The notes beneath the pieces are model-generated. The model was not told the DNA's origin. It was given only the letters and a program-made list of their open reading frames with translations, and searched no databases. Shown piece after piece: positions 9,163-18,978 of a stretch of DNA of 64,000 bases (positions are counted from its first letter, which is position 1; every line of letters starts with the position of its first letter). Source of the DNA: Acidimicrobiales bacterium (GTDB taxonomy: Bacteria; Actinomycetota; Acidimicrobiia; Acidimicrobiales; JACDEA01); NCBI GenBank assembly GCA_035649535.1, contig DASRJI010000101.1, positions 1,994 to 65,993 of the forward strand, given 5' to 3'. The position numbers were made by a program, and so were the translations under genes.

Positions 9163-10725
9163 ATGCCCTTCTCCGAACCGGACAAGCGCAAGAAGATCCT
9201 CGTCCTCCTCGCCATGTGCTTCGCGCTGTTCATGGCCATGCTCGACAACACCGTCGTCAACGTGGCCCTGCCCACGATCAGCCGGGAGCTGGGCGCCGGC
9301 GTCAGCGGCCTCCAGTGGATCGTCGACAGCTACGTGCTCGCCTTCGCCACGCTCCTCCTCACCGGCGGCATCCTCGGCGACCGCTACGGACGCAAGCGGC
9401 TGTTCCTCGGCGGGCTGCTCGGGTTCACCCTCGCCAGTCTTCTCTGCGCGCTGTCGCAATCCACCGGCCAACTCGTCGCCGCTCGCGCCTTTCAGGGCAT
9501 CAGCGCGGCGATGGTCATGCCGGGCACGCTGTCGATCCTCACGGTCACCTTCCCGGTCGAGGAGCGGGCCCAGGCCATCGGGATCTGGGCCGGCGTGTCC
9601 GGTATCGCACTAGCCCTCGGTCCGACTCTCGGTGGTTGGCTGGTTGAGACCGCCGGCTGGCAGTCGGTGTTCTTCCTCAACGTGCCCATCGGCATCATTG
9701 GCGCGGTGGTCGCGTTCCGCGTGGTGTCCGAGTCCCGCTCACCGCAAGCTCGCAAGCTCGACGTGGTCGGGCTCTTGCTCGGCACCGGACTGCTCACGTC
9801 GATCACGTACGGCCTGATCGAAGCGAACCAATACGGATGGAGCGACCCGCTGATCATCGGCGTGCTCTCGCTCGGTGCCGTGCTGATCGCGGCGTTCCTG
9901 CTGTGGGAGCGCACGACGGCGGAGCCCCTGCTCCCGCTCGCCCTGTTCCGCATCCCGACGTTCGCGGCCGGTAGCCTTGTCGCCCTCACGATCTCCTTCG
10001 GCATGTTCGGGACGTTCTTCTTCGCCAGCCTCTACTTCCAGGTGATCCGCGGCTACTCCGCGTTCTCGGCCGGCCTTCACATGCTGCCGCTCACCGCCAT
10101 GATCACGATCGTCGCGCCCAACGCCGGGCGCTACGCGCAGAAGTACGGACCGCGTTGGCCGCTCACGTTCGGGCTCACGACTGCGGGCACCGGGCTCATT
10201 CTCATGAGCCGAGCCAACGCAGGAACGCCGTATGTGCTGCTGGCCATCGCCTTGGCGATCATGGGTATCGGCATGGCGTCGACCATGACGCCGATGACCG
10301 CGGCGGTCATGGGCGCCGTCGGTCCCGAGCGGGCCGGCTTGGGGTCGGCGACCACCAACACGTCGCGCGAGGTCGGTGGCACGCTCGGCATTGCCATCCT
10401 CGGCACGCTGCTCACCACCAAACTCAAGTCCTCGATGGGGCACGCGCTGGCCGCGCTCTCGCTTCCCGCCGCCACCCGCGACACGCTCGTCGCTACGTCC
10501 AGCCACGGCCGCCTCGACCCGGCGGCATTGCACAGCCTGCCGGCACAACAGGCGGCCGAGGTGCAGCGCGCGTTCCAGAACGCGTTCATGTCGGGCTGGC
10601 ACCTGGCGCTGCTCCTCGCCGGAACGGCGATCCTCGTCGCCGCCTACGTCGCCAACCGTTTCGTGGCGTCCGAGGGCCGGCGGGCGCCGGCCGCCGCGGC
10701 GGCCGCACCGGTTATCGCCCCCTAG
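9163..10725 (+). CDS. MFS transporter, DHA2 (EmrB/QacA-like, about 14 TMS) family
   Basis: N-terminal [24 protein letters not shown] and the [12 protein letters not shown] motif A. It has many hydrophobic segments. Confidence 0.85.
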   Translation: MPFSEPDKRKKILVLLAMCFALFMAMLDNTVVNVALPTISRELGAGVSGLQWIVDSYVLAFATLLLTGGILGDRYGRKRLFLGGLLGFTLASLLCALSQSTGQLVAARAFQGISAAMVMPGTLSILTVTFPVEERAQAIGIWAGVSGIALALGPTLGGWLVETAGWQSVFFLNVPIGIIGAVVAFRVVSESRSPQARKLDVVGLLLGTGLLTSITYGLIEANQYGWSDPLIIGVLSLGAVLIAAFLLWERTTAEPLLPLALFRIPTFAAGSLVALTISFGMFGTFFFASLYFQVIRGYSAFSAGLHMLPLTAMITIVAPNAGRYAQKYGPRWPLTFGLTTAGTGLILMSRANAGTPYVLLAIALAIMGIGMASTMTPMTAAVMGAVGPERAGLGSATTNTSREVGGTLGIAILGTLLTTKLKSSMGHALAALSLPAATRDTLVATSSHGRLDPAALHSLPAQQAAEVQRAFQNAFMSGWHLALLLAGTAILVAAYVANRFVASEGRRAPAAAAAAPVIAP

Positions 10726-10737
10726 AGTTCGCGGCCC

Positions 10738-12144
10738 ATGGACTTTCGCGGGCCGTACGCCGACGGCGCGCCGCCGGCGGCGCTCGCGGTGCATCCCCCG
10801 TCTCTGACAGCGTTCGGATGGCGTGAGCTGCGCCGCGCCGCGGCGATCGCGTTCCTCGGAACGATCGCCGTGGTGCTGGCTGTTGGCCAACGTCTCGTGC
10901 GGGTCGGGCGGGCGAAAGGTCAGACGTGGGCGGCGGCGACCAGCGCCGGTGTCGTCGACGCGTTCATCGCCCTCGGACCGACGTTCGTGAAGCTGGGCCA
11001 GATGATCGCGTCGTCGCCCAGCGTGTTTCCCAAGCCATTGGCGGACGCGTGTCTGCGATGCCTCGACGACGTGCCGCCCGTGTCGGCCGCCCAGGTGCGC
11101 CGCATCGTCGCCGAGGACTTGGGCGTGTCGGTCGACGAGGTCTTCAAGGAGTTCGACGACGCGCCGCTGTCGGCCGCGTCGATCGCCCAAGTGCACGCGT
11201 GCCTGTTGTCCGACGGCCGCCAGGCGGTACTGAAGATCCAGCGGCCGGCGATCAAGGACCGCATGAACCGCGATCTGCGGATCATGTATCGCGTCGCTCG
11301 GCTCATCAATCGCACCAAGCGGGGCAAGCTCGTCAATCCGGTCGCCGTCGTGCAGGACCTGCACCAAGTCACCAACGAGGAGCTGAACTTCGCCCTCGAG
11401 GCCCACCGGCAAAGCCGGTTCCGCTCGAACATCTCGGCCTTTGGTGACAACGAGTGGATCACCGCCCCCGAGATCTACTGGGACGTGTGCGGGCCGCGTG
11501 TCATCGCCATGGAGCGGATGTATGGCGTGCCGTTGGACGAGTTCGAGCAGCTGCGGGCGCGAGGCATCGACGGCGAACTCGTCCTGCGGCGCGGCGTGAA
11601 GGTATGGATGGAAGCCGCGCTCGTGCACGGTCCGTTCCACGGCGACGTTCACGCCGGCAACCTGTGGCTACTCGATGACGGACGGGCCACCTACCTCGAC
11701 TTTGGGATCATGGGCGAGCTGCCGCCAGATCACCGTGACGCCCTCCGCGATGCGCAATACACCTCGATGATCGACGGCGACTACACGCGTGTCGTGCGCG
11801 CGTGGCAGCGCATCGGCATCCTCGGCCCCGAGAGCGAGATCGGTCCCGTCGACGAGGTCGCCGTCCGGATCAAGATGGTGATGGAGCCGATGCTCGACCT
11901 GAAGATGGGCGACGTCAGCCTGTCCTCGATGATGAAGGACCAGCTCGAGCTGGCCCAGGAGTACGGGGCGCAGACGCAACGTGAGCTGGTGTTGGTCACC
12001 AAGCAGCTCATGTATTTCGAGCGCTACGCCAAAGGGCTGGCGCCTGACTACAACATGGCTCGCGATCTGTTCTTGCTGAAGAACGTCTTCCCCGAGGCCG
12101 TCGCCCAGGCGTGCGCCGAGCGAGCCATCACCCTGCCGACGTAA
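10738..12144 (+). CDS. ABC1/UbiB (AarF) atypical kinase family protein
   Basis: FVKLGQMIASSP, ASIAQVH, AVLKIQRP and HGDVHAGNL motifs. Confidence 0.85.
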   Translation: MDFRGPYADGAPPAALAVHPPSLTAFGWRELRRAAAIAFLGTIAVVLAVGQRLVRVGRAKGQTWAAATSAGVVDAFIALGPTFVKLGQMIASSPSVFPKPLADACLRCLDDVPPVSAAQVRRIVAEDLGVSVDEVFKEFDDAPLSAASIAQVHACLLSDGRQAVLKIQRPAIKDRMNRDLRIMYRVARLINRTKRGKLVNPVAVVQDLHQVTNEELNFALEAHRQSRFRSNISAFGDNEWITAPEIYWDVCGPRVIAMERMYGVPLDEFEQLRARGIDGELVLRRGVKVWMEAALVHGPFHGDVHAGNLWLLDDGRATYLDFGIMGELPPDHRDALRDAQYTSMIDGDYTRVVRAWQRIGILGPESEIGPVDEVAVRIKMVMEPMLDLKMGDVSLSSMMKDQLELAQEYGAQTQRELVLVTKQLMYFERYAKGLAPDYNMARDLFLLKNVFPEAVAQACAERAITLPT

Positions 12145-12228
12145 ATCCTCCGAATTGCGTCATCACGACGCGTGCCGCCCGTCTTGTACCGGATGCCGCC
12201 AACCGGCGACCGTACGAGGGGAGCAACC

Positions 12229-13218
12229 ATGAAGGCACGGCTCGCAGCGATCGGCGCTCTGATCATGGGGGTCACCCTGTTCGGCGCGATGGCTGCCACC
12301 GGGGCGCGAGCGGGGGACTCGGTCGTCAAGATTCCGGCCCCTCAGGCGCTGGCCGACGGGGCGGCCGCCACCGTCGGCAACCTCGTCAGTGTCGGCCAGA
12401 GCGGCGCCGGCGCCAATTCCACGAACGCGGGGGCGTCAGCGACACCGTTGTCCGTCCTGGGCAAGCCCATCATCGGCGGGGCCCAGGCCGGCAACGGCCA
12501 GAAGACCGGCGCCCTCATCGACACCGGTAATACGCCGCTCGGACGCATCCAGGTGCTCCCCTACGGCGTCGCCGCGTCGCAGACCGCGACCAAGCGCCAG
12601 GCCGGTGCGCAGTCGGCCGCCGCTCGGGTCGACGTTCTCAAGCCCGATTTCATCCACGTCGACGTGCTCCAGAGCGCGTCGAGCGCCACGCACGTTGGCT
12701 CGCTGAGCCGCGGTCAGGCCGTCAGCGACGGCGTCGTCGTCCGCCTCGGCGGTCCCGAGGGCACGATCATCCGGATCCTGCACTCCGAGGCCGACGCCAC
12801 TGGCCAGGGCCGCACGTACCTGCTGGCCGTCGGCAACAACGCCCTCATCGACAACGACGTCCTTGATGCGGCCTGCAGCCTCGATCTCGGCCCGGTCCTG
12901 AACGTGGCCTGCATGCAGGTTGCCGGCGGCGTGGGTGGCCTCACCTCCAGTGTTCTCGAGGCTGCGATCGGCGGCGTCAACGGCCTGCACGTCGGCGCCA
13001 TCACCGCCCTCGGTACCGGCGGCACCGGCGATGTGGTCGAGGGCAGCCGGGTGCTGGCCAACCAGATCACCGCGACGCCGACGGCCAAAGCGCTGGCCCG
13101 TACCGGCACCAATGTCTGGTTCCTCGCCTTCGTCGCCGAGGCGCTCGTCGCCCTCGGTGCGGTCACCCTGGCGGCGACCAAGACCTTCGGCCTGGTTCCC
13201 GCCCGCGTCACCCAGTAG
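12229..13218 (+). CDS. secreted surface protein with C-terminal LAXTG cell-wall sorting signal
   Basis: A GAGGGGAG ribosome-binding site precedes the ATG. It has a signal peptide (MKARLAAIGALIMGVTLFGAMAATGARA). The C-terminus reads LARTG, then a hydrophobic helix, then a K/R tail. Confidence 0.6.
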   Translation: MKARLAAIGALIMGVTLFGAMAATGARAGDSVVKIPAPQALADGAAATVGNLVSVGQSGAGANSTNAGASATPLSVLGKPIIGGAQAGNGQKTGALIDTGNTPLGRIQVLPYGVAASQTATKRQAGAQSAAARVDVLKPDFIHVDVLQSASSATHVGSLSRGQAVSDGVVVRLGGPEGTIIRILHSEADATGQGRTYLLAVGNNALIDNDVLDAACSLDLGPVLNVACMQVAGGVGGLTSSVLEAAIGGVNGLHVGAITALGTGGTGDVVEGSRVLANQITATPTAKALARTGTNVWFLAFVAEALVALGAVTLAATKTFGLVPARVTQ

Positions 13219-13237
13219 CTCGCTCCCAAGCGGTCGT

Positions 13238-13272
13238 CCGCCCCTTCCCGTTCTGCGCACGGGGAGGGGCGG
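13238..13272 (+). terminator. GC-rich stem-loop after the LAXTG protein gene
   Basis: 13-bp stem (CCGCCCCTTCCCG / CGGGGAGGGGCGG, one G-U pair) with a 9-nt loop and no U-tract. Confidence 0.45.
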
Positions 13273-13305
13273 CGGCGCGTCTGGGCCGAGTCCTAAGCTC
13301 GTCGC

Positions 13306-13911
13306 GTGCGCCGCGCGTTCCTGTTCACCGCCTTCGCCGCGCTCGTCGCCGCCGCCATTCCGCCGCCGATCGGGGCCGACGCGGCAGCTGCGCCGACGGC
13401 GGCGACCGTCAGCATGAAGGCGTTCGCCTTCGTTCCCGCGTCCATCGCGGTGCAACAAGGCGGGACGGTTACCTGGACGTACGACGAGACACCGACCGAC
13501 GTCGGCTGCGAGTCACCCGTGTTCCAGACGCCGTTGCCGGTGAACTGTCCCGGTCACTCGACGACCGCCGTCGACAAGGGATCGGACGGCAAGCTGCTGT
13601 GGGACTCGGGTGTGCATCGGGCCGAGGGCTTCCCGTTCAAGACGACGTTCTCGAAGCCCGGGACCTACCACTACATCTGTGTCGTCCACGGCGGCGCCGG
13701 CGCCAACAATCCGGTCACGCATATGGAAGGTGACGTCGTCGTGTTCGCCGCCGCCGGCGCGTCGGGCGCCGCGGCCGCGCCGCCGCAGGTCCAGGGCACC
13801 CTCGCCGTCACCGGGCGAGGGGCGATGTGGCCGGTTTTCGGGGCAATCGCCGTGCTTGGCGCCCTCGGGGTACTCGCTCTTCGGCGGCGGCTCGATACGC
13901 TTTCGCCATGA
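13306..13911 (+). CDS. cupredoxin (plastocyanin/amicyanin-like blue-copper) protein with LAXTG sorting signal
   Basis: It has a signal peptide. The type-1 Cu site is YHYICVVHG...THMEG. The C-terminus reads LAVTG, then a hydrophobic stretch, then RRR. Confidence 0.75.
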   Translation: MRRAFLFTAFAALVAAAIPPPIGADAAAAPTAATVSMKAFAFVPASIAVQQGGTVTWTYDETPTDVGCESPVFQTPLPVNCPGHSTTAVDKGSDGKLLWDSGVHRAEGFPFKTTFSKPGTYHYICVVHGGAGANNPVTHMEGDVVVFAAAGASGAAAAPPQVQGTLAVTGRGAMWPVFGAIAVLGALGVLALRRRLDTLSP

Positions 13912-14450
13912 AACGGCTCTCTCTTGGTCTCTTTGCCGTCGCGCTCGTCGCGCTGGCCGGCTGTAGCTCATCGACCCCATCGAGGTCGATCAACGGCCAG
14001 CTTTCGGCCAATACGCACACGCTGGCGACGCGTAAGTCGACGACCACGACGCGCAAGCACCACCCGACGACCACGACGCGTCGCGACCGCACATCGACCA
14101 CCAAGCGCGACCGCACGTCGACCAGCAACGGTCCGACGGTCCCGACCACACTCACGACGATCAGCGCGACGGGGGTGGCCGGTGCCGTGCTGTACGAGAA
14201 GAACTGCTCGGCCGACCGGCCGTGCTCGTTCGATCCGGGTCCCGCCCAGCTGCGGCTCCTCGACAGCCACGGCGTGGTGGTTGCGCGCGGCAACGCCGCC
14301 AACAACGGGTCGTTCTATCTACAAGCGGCGCCGGGCAGCTACACCCTCGAGGCCAAGCCGCCGAGCAAGAAGCAGGTTTGCGGGTCCGTCTCCGTCACTG
14401 TCACCGACCAGGGCTACACACCGGTCCAGGTGCAGTGCGGCGACAAATAG
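13908..14450 (+). CDS. lipoprotein with Thr/Arg-rich linker and CarboxypepD_reg-like beta-sandwich
   Basis: ATGA overlap with the cupredoxin stop. It has an LALAGCSSS lipobox and a GNAANNGSFYLQAAPGSYTLEA motif. Confidence 0.6.
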   Translation: MKRLSLGLFAVALVALAGCSSSTPSRSINGQLSANTHTLATRKSTTTTRKHHPTTTTRRDRTSTTKRDRTSTSNGPTVPTTLTTISATGVAGAVLYEKNCSADRPCSFDPGPAQLRLLDSHGVVVARGNAANNGSFYLQAAPGSYTLEAKPPSKKQVCGSVSVTVTDQGYTPVQVQCGDK

Positions 14451-14471
14451 CGCCGCGGTCCTGAGATCGCC

Positions 14472-14510
14472 GGGTACATAGGGCGCTCCTCAGCGGCGCC
14501 CTATGTACCC
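14472..14510. terminator. perfect 15-bp inverted repeat between convergent genes
   Basis: GGGTACATAGGGCGC, a 9-nt loop, then GCGCCCTATGTACCC. Confidence 0.6.
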
Positions 14511-14523
14511 CTGGCGTCGCCCC

Positions 14524-14730
14524 CTAGATCGTCGAGATGTCCTCGTCCACGGAGCCGTCGGCTCGGTGGACGATCACCTTTGACGGATGGTGCCGCTTGG
14601 CGTGATAGCGAGCGATTTCGATCGCTCGCTCGCGGGCACCGACCACAGTCTCCTGGCTGCGCTGCCCTGAGACCTCGCCTTCCACACGCCATCCCACGTG
14701 GAATGGCGTAATGCGGAACACTGCTGCCAC
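14524..14730 (-). CDS. DUF2188-like small protein
   Basis: A GGGAGGAGG ribosome-binding site ends 4 nt before the GTG at 14730. The pattern FHVGWRVEGE...AIEIARYHAK...VIVHRADGS matches DUF2188. Confidence 0.6.
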   Translation of the reverse strand: MAAVFRITPFHVGWRVEGEVSGQRSQETVVGARERAIEIARYHAKRHHPSKVIVHRADGSVDEDISTI

Positions 14731-14808
14731 GTGACCTCCTCCCACCCGGATCCGGTCTCTGGGTAACGGGTCGCGCCGCCAGAACTTACGGGCGCCTTTT
14801 GTGCACTT

Positions 14809-15750
14809 TCAGGCCCTTCCGGCGGCGGCGAACAGTGCGTCGGCGCTCAGCACGCCGAGTGTGCCGGCCGGGCCGCGCACGGCGACTGCGGTCTGACCCT
14901 CGGCCAGCATGGCGGCGAGGGCATCGCGCAGGGTGGTGCCGACGTCGATCGCCGGCAAGCCGTCGGCCGAGCCGGGCGAGACGTCGGCCTCGCTCACGCG
15001 GAGCACGCTGAGCCGCTTGATGCCGCGGTCGGCGCCCACGAAGTCGGCGACAAACGGCGAGGCCGGAGCGCCGAGCACCTCGGTCGCCGGTGCGTACTGG
15101 GCCAGGCGCCCGCCTTCGGCCAGTACGGCGATGCGGTCGCCGAGACGGATCGCTTCGTCGACGTCGTGCGTCACGAACACGACGGTCTTGCGCAGCTCCT
15201 GCTGCAACCGCACGAACTCGCCTTGCAGGCGGTCGCGCGTGATCGGGTCGATCGCGCCGAAGGGCTCGTCCATCAACAGCACCGGCGGATCGGCGGCCAG
15301 CGCGCGTGCCACGCCGACGCGCTGGCGCTGCCCGCCCGACAGTTGGTGCGGGAAGCGACGGGCGAAGCGACCGGCGTCGAGGCCCACGAGATTGAGCAGT
15401 TCGTCGACGCGCTCGTCGATCCGTCGGCGGTCCCACCCGAGCAGGCGCGGCACCGTGGCCACGTTGGTCGCGACGGTTTGGTGTGGGAACAGGCCAACCT
15501 GTTGGATGACGTAACCCATGCGCCGCCGCAGTTGCACGGGATCGACGGTCGTGACGTCTTCGTCGTCGAGGAAGATGCGCCCGGTGGTCGGCTCGACGAG
15601 CCGGTTGATCATCTTCATGGTCGTCGTCTTGCCGCAGCCCGACGGGCCGACGAGGACACACGTCTCGCCGGTGGCGATCTCGAGGGTGAGGTTGTCGACC
15701 GCGACGGTGCCGTCGGCGTACCGCTTGGTCACGCCTTCCAGACGGATCAC
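14809..15750 (-). CDS. ABC transporter ATP-binding protein, Opu/ProV type with C-terminal CBS-like region
   Basis: Walker A GPSGCGKTT, signature LSGGQRQRV and Walker B LLMDEPFGA. Confidence 0.85.
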   Translation of the reverse strand: MIRLEGVTKRYADGTVAVDNLTLEIATGETCVLVGPSGCGKTTTMKMINRLVEPTTGRIFLDDEDVTTVDPVQLRRRMGYVIQQVGLFPHQTVATNVATVPRLLGWDRRRIDERVDELLNLVGLDAGRFARRFPHQLSGGQRQRVGVARALAADPPVLLMDEPFGAIDPITRDRLQGEFVRLQQELRKTVVFVTHDVDEAIRLGDRIAVLAEGGRLAQYAPATEVLGAPASPFVADFVGADRGIKRLSVLRVSEADVSPGSADGLPAIDVGTTLRDALAAMLAEGQTAVAVRGPAGTLGVLSADALFAAAGRA

Positions 15751-15767
15751 GCCGATACGGTAACGGC

Positions 15768-16424
15768 GTGCTGGCCGCCGGCGACCCGTGGGTCAAATGG
15801 TCGTGGGTCGCCGATCACCGCGACGTCATCTGGAACGCGACGCGCCAGCACGTCGAGCTGACCGTGATCGCGATCGTGATCGGCCTGCTCATCGCCCTCC
15901 CGTTGTCGGTGCTGTCATTCCGCGCCCGTCGGTTCTACGGACCGGTGCTCGGCGTGACCGGCATCCTCTACACGATCCCGTCGCTCGCGCTGTTCGCGTT
16001 CCTGATCCCCTGGACCGGCTTGTCGCGAACGACGGCGGAGATCGGGCTCGTCGGCTACACGCTGCTGATCCTCGTCCGCAACATCGTTACCGGGCTCGAC
16101 GGCGTTCCCGAAGACGCCAAGGAAGCGGCGCGCGGGATGGGGTTCACGCCGACGCGCCAGCTCCTTCGCGTCGAGCTCCCGCTGGCGGTTCCCGCGATCC
16201 TCGCCGGGGTGCGGATCGCGACGGTGACGACGATCGGTCTCGTCACCGTCACCGCGCTCATCGGGCAGGGCGGGCTCGGCGCGCTGATCCTCGACGGCCT
16301 GTACCGCGACTTCCGCACACCCGAGGTGGTGGGCGCCGCGCTCTCGGTCGGCCTGGCGGTGCTCGCTGACGTGAGCCTCATCGTGGTTGAGCGCGTCGTG
16401 ACACCGTGGGCGGTGCGCCGCTGA
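15768..16424 (+). CDS. ABC permease (glycine betaine/choline OpuCB-like)
   Basis: It has multiple TM segments and the EAARGMGFTPTRQLLRVELPLA EAA loop. Confidence 0.85.
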   Translation: MLAAGDPWVKWSWVADHRDVIWNATRQHVELTVIAIVIGLLIALPLSVLSFRARRFYGPVLGVTGILYTIPSLALFAFLIPWTGLSRTTAEIGLVGYTLLILVRNIVTGLDGVPEDAKEAARGMGFTPTRQLLRVELPLAVPAILAGVRIATVTTIGLVTVTALIGQGGLGALILDGLYRDFRTPEVVGAALSVGLAVLADVSLIVVERVVTPWAVRR

Positions 16425-17131
16425 TGGAGTTCCTCGGCCGGGTCGTCGAGTGGTTGACCACTGCAAGTCACTGGTCGGGATCCGGTGGCATCGTCCACCG
16501 CGTCGTCGAGCACCTCGAGCTCAGCGGCGCGTCGGTTGCGACCGCGGCGCTGGTCGCCATGCCGATCGGTCTCGTGTTCGGTCACATCCGCCGGGGCGGG
16601 GTCGTGGCGGTCAACGTGGCCAACGTCGGGCGGGCCATCCCGAGCTTCGCGCTGCTCGTGCTGGCCCAGAACGTGTTCGGCATCGGGTTTCGGCCGGCCT
16701 ACGTGGCGCTGGTCGCCCTCGCAGTTCCGCCGATCGTGACCAACACGTTCATCGGCGTGCGCGACGTCGACGTCGACGTCCGTGAGGCCGCGCGCGGCAT
16801 GGGCATGAGCGGCTCACAGGTGTTGTGGCGTGTCGAGTTGCCGCTCGCCCTTCCGTTGGTCATCGCCGGCCTGCGGACTGCGGCCGTCAACGTGGTCGCC
16901 ACCGCCACGCTGGCGGCGCTCATCGCCGGCGGCGGGCTCGGGCGATTCATCGTCGACGGGCTGGCCCAGCGAGACAGCCCGCAGGCGTTCTCGGGCGCGC
17001 TCCTCGTCGCCTTGTTGGCGGTCGCCATCGAGGTGACGTTGGGCGCCGTGCAGCGCCGGGCTCGAGTCCGGTCGGCTACGGTCGCTCGGGTCCAAGGCGA
17101 GGAGGAGTTGGCTGATGCGCTCAAGGCGTAA
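16424..17131 (+). CDS. ABC permease (OpuCD-like)
   Basis: The ATG overlaps the previous TGA by 1 nt. It has the EAARGMGMSGSQVLWRVELPLA EAA loop. Confidence 0.85.
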   Translation: MEFLGRVVEWLTTASHWSGSGGIVHRVVEHLELSGASVATAALVAMPIGLVFGHIRRGGVVAVNVANVGRAIPSFALLVLAQNVFGIGFRPAYVALVALAVPPIVTNTFIGVRDVDVDVREAARGMGMSGSQVLWRVELPLALPLVIAGLRTAAVNVVATATLAALIAGGGLGRFIVDGLAQRDSPQAFSGALLVALLAVAIEVTLGAVQRRARVRSATVARVQGEEELADALKA

Positions 17132-18032
17132 GACGACCTGGTTGGTCGCACTGGTGGCGGGTTTGGCGTTGGTTTCGGCCGCGTGCGGAGACGACAGTTC
17201 GTCCTCGTCTGACACGACCAAGCCCGCGAGCAAGGGCTCGATCACCGTGGCGGGGAGCGACTTCGTCGAGCAGGACGTCGTCGCCAATATCTACGCCGCC
17301 GCCCTCCGCAAGATCGGTTACACCGTCACCGTCAAGCCGCACCTCGGCAAGCGCGAGATCGTGCAGCCTGCGCTGCAGAACGGTGAGGTTGACGTGCTGC
17401 CCGAGTACGTCGGGAGCCTGCTCGAGTACCTCGAGAAGGGATCGTCGTCGACCGATCTGAGCGCGTCGGTCACCAAGCTGCGGTCGTTGCTCGCGGGAAA
17501 GAACCTCACCGCGCTCGACCCGGCCGGGGCCTACGACGCCAACGCGCTCGTGGTCACCAAGGCGACGGCCGACAAGTACAAGCTCGAGAAGGTGTCGGAC
17601 CTAACGGCGGTGGCGTCGCGGCTCAGCCTTGGCGGTCCGCCCGAATGCCCAACGCGGCCGCTGTGTGCGCCCGGGTACAAGGACAAGTACGGCATCGAGT
17701 TCAAGTCGTTCAAGCCGCTGGACGGCGGCGGCCCGATCACCAAGAAGGCGCTGACCGACGGCAGCATCGACGTCGCCTTGCTGTTCTCCAGTGACATCCC
17801 GGCGGACACCGTGGTGCTGAAGGACGACAAGAACCTCCAGCCGGCCGAGAACCTCATTCCCGTCCTGCGCACCGACAAGGCCAAGGCCGACGTCACCGCC
17901 GCGCTGAACGCGGTGTCGCAGAAGCTCACCCTCGACGAGTTGGTTGAGCTGAATCAGAAGGTCAACGGAGCCGACAAGCCCGATCCGGCCGACGTCGCCA
18001 ACGACTGGGCCAAGGAATACAAGGTCGGCTAA
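17115..18032 (+). CDS. compatible-solute (glycine betaine/choline family) substrate-binding lipoprotein
   Basis: It has an LVSAACGDD lipobox. GSDFVEQDVVANIYAAAL and LVVTKATADKYKL are typical of OpuAC/OpuCC-fold binding proteins. Confidence 0.85.
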   Translation: MRSRRKTTWLVALVAGLALVSAACGDDSSSSSDTTKPASKGSITVAGSDFVEQDVVANIYAAALRKIGYTVTVKPHLGKREIVQPALQNGEVDVLPEYVGSLLEYLEKGSSSTDLSASVTKLRSLLAGKNLTALDPAGAYDANALVVTKATADKYKLEKVSDLTAVASRLSLGGPPECPTRPLCAPGYKDKYGIEFKSFKPLDGGGPITKKALTDGSIDVALLFSSDIPADTVVLKDDKNLQPAENLIPVLRTDKAKADVTAALNAVSQKLTLDELVELNQKVNGADKPDPADVANDWAKEYKVG

Positions 18033-18035
18033 CCC

Positions 18036-18893
18036 GTGCAGCGGCGACGACTCGGGCGTACCGGACACGAGTCGTCGCTCGCCGTTCTCGGGGCCGCCGC
18101 GTTCTGGAACAGTGAGACCGGCGACGCCGAACCGGCGTTCAACGCGGCGCTGGCGGCGGGCGTCAACCACCTCGACATCGCTCCGCAGTACGGCGCGGCC
18201 GAGCGGGCCGTCGGCCCGCTGATCCCGGCGCGTCGCTCAGAGCTGTTCATCGGCTGCAAGACGACGCGGCGTAATCCCGACGGGGTGCGCGCCCAGCTCG
18301 AGAACTCGTTGTCGCTTCTTGGATGCGATGCGTTCGACCTGTACCAGCTGCACGCGGTGTGCGACATCGAGGAGCTCGACGCGCGGGCGGGCGCGGTCGC
18401 CGCGATCTTGCAGGCGCGCGACGAGGGGCTGTGCCGCTACGTCGGCATCACCGGCCATGACGTCACCGTGCCGGCCACGCACACCGAGGCGTTGCGGCGC
18501 TACGACCTCGACACGGTGATGTTCCCGGTGAATCGCCGGCTGTGGGCCGACGACGCGTACCGGCGCGACGCCGAGGGGTTGCTCGCGGTGTGCGCCGAGC
18601 GGGACCTGGGTGTGATGGCCATCAAGTCGGTGGCCCGTCGGCCGTGGCCCGCGGGTGCGGATCACCACGCAACGACTTGGTACGAGCCGTATCAGGACGA
18701 CGCCGACATCGAGACTTCCGTGCGGTTCACCCTTTCGGTCCCCGGCGTCCACGCCATCGCGACGGCGGGCGACGTGCACCTCCTGCCGCGCGTGCTCGCC
18801 GCCGTCGACCGCTTCGAGCCGCTGCCGGCCGACGAGCTGCTGCCGGTCGCCGCCGCCGTGGCCGCCGAGCCAATTCTCGGACGCCCCGGCTAA
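18036..18893 (+). CDS. aldo/keto reductase
   Basis: N-terminus RRLGRTGHESSLAVLG, then LDIAPQYG, with a GITGH region. Confidence 0.8.
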   Translation: MQRRRLGRTGHESSLAVLGAAAFWNSETGDAEPAFNAALAAGVNHLDIAPQYGAAERAVGPLIPARRSELFIGCKTTRRNPDGVRAQLENSLSLLGCDAFDLYQLHAVCDIEELDARAGAVAAILQARDEGLCRYVGITGHDVTVPATHTEALRRYDLDTVMFPVNRRLWADDAYRRDAEGLLAVCAERDLGVMAIKSVARRPWPAGADHHATTWYEPYQDDADIETSVRFTLSVPGVHAIATAGDVHLLPRVLAAVDRFEPLPADELLPVAAAVAAEPILGRPG

Positions 18894-18978
18894 CGCCGCA
18901 GTACAGTCCGCTTCCCCGCATTCACCCCCGTCGCGCGCCGCGTCGGGGGTTCTTTGCGCGGCGTGAGAAAGGGGAGCG

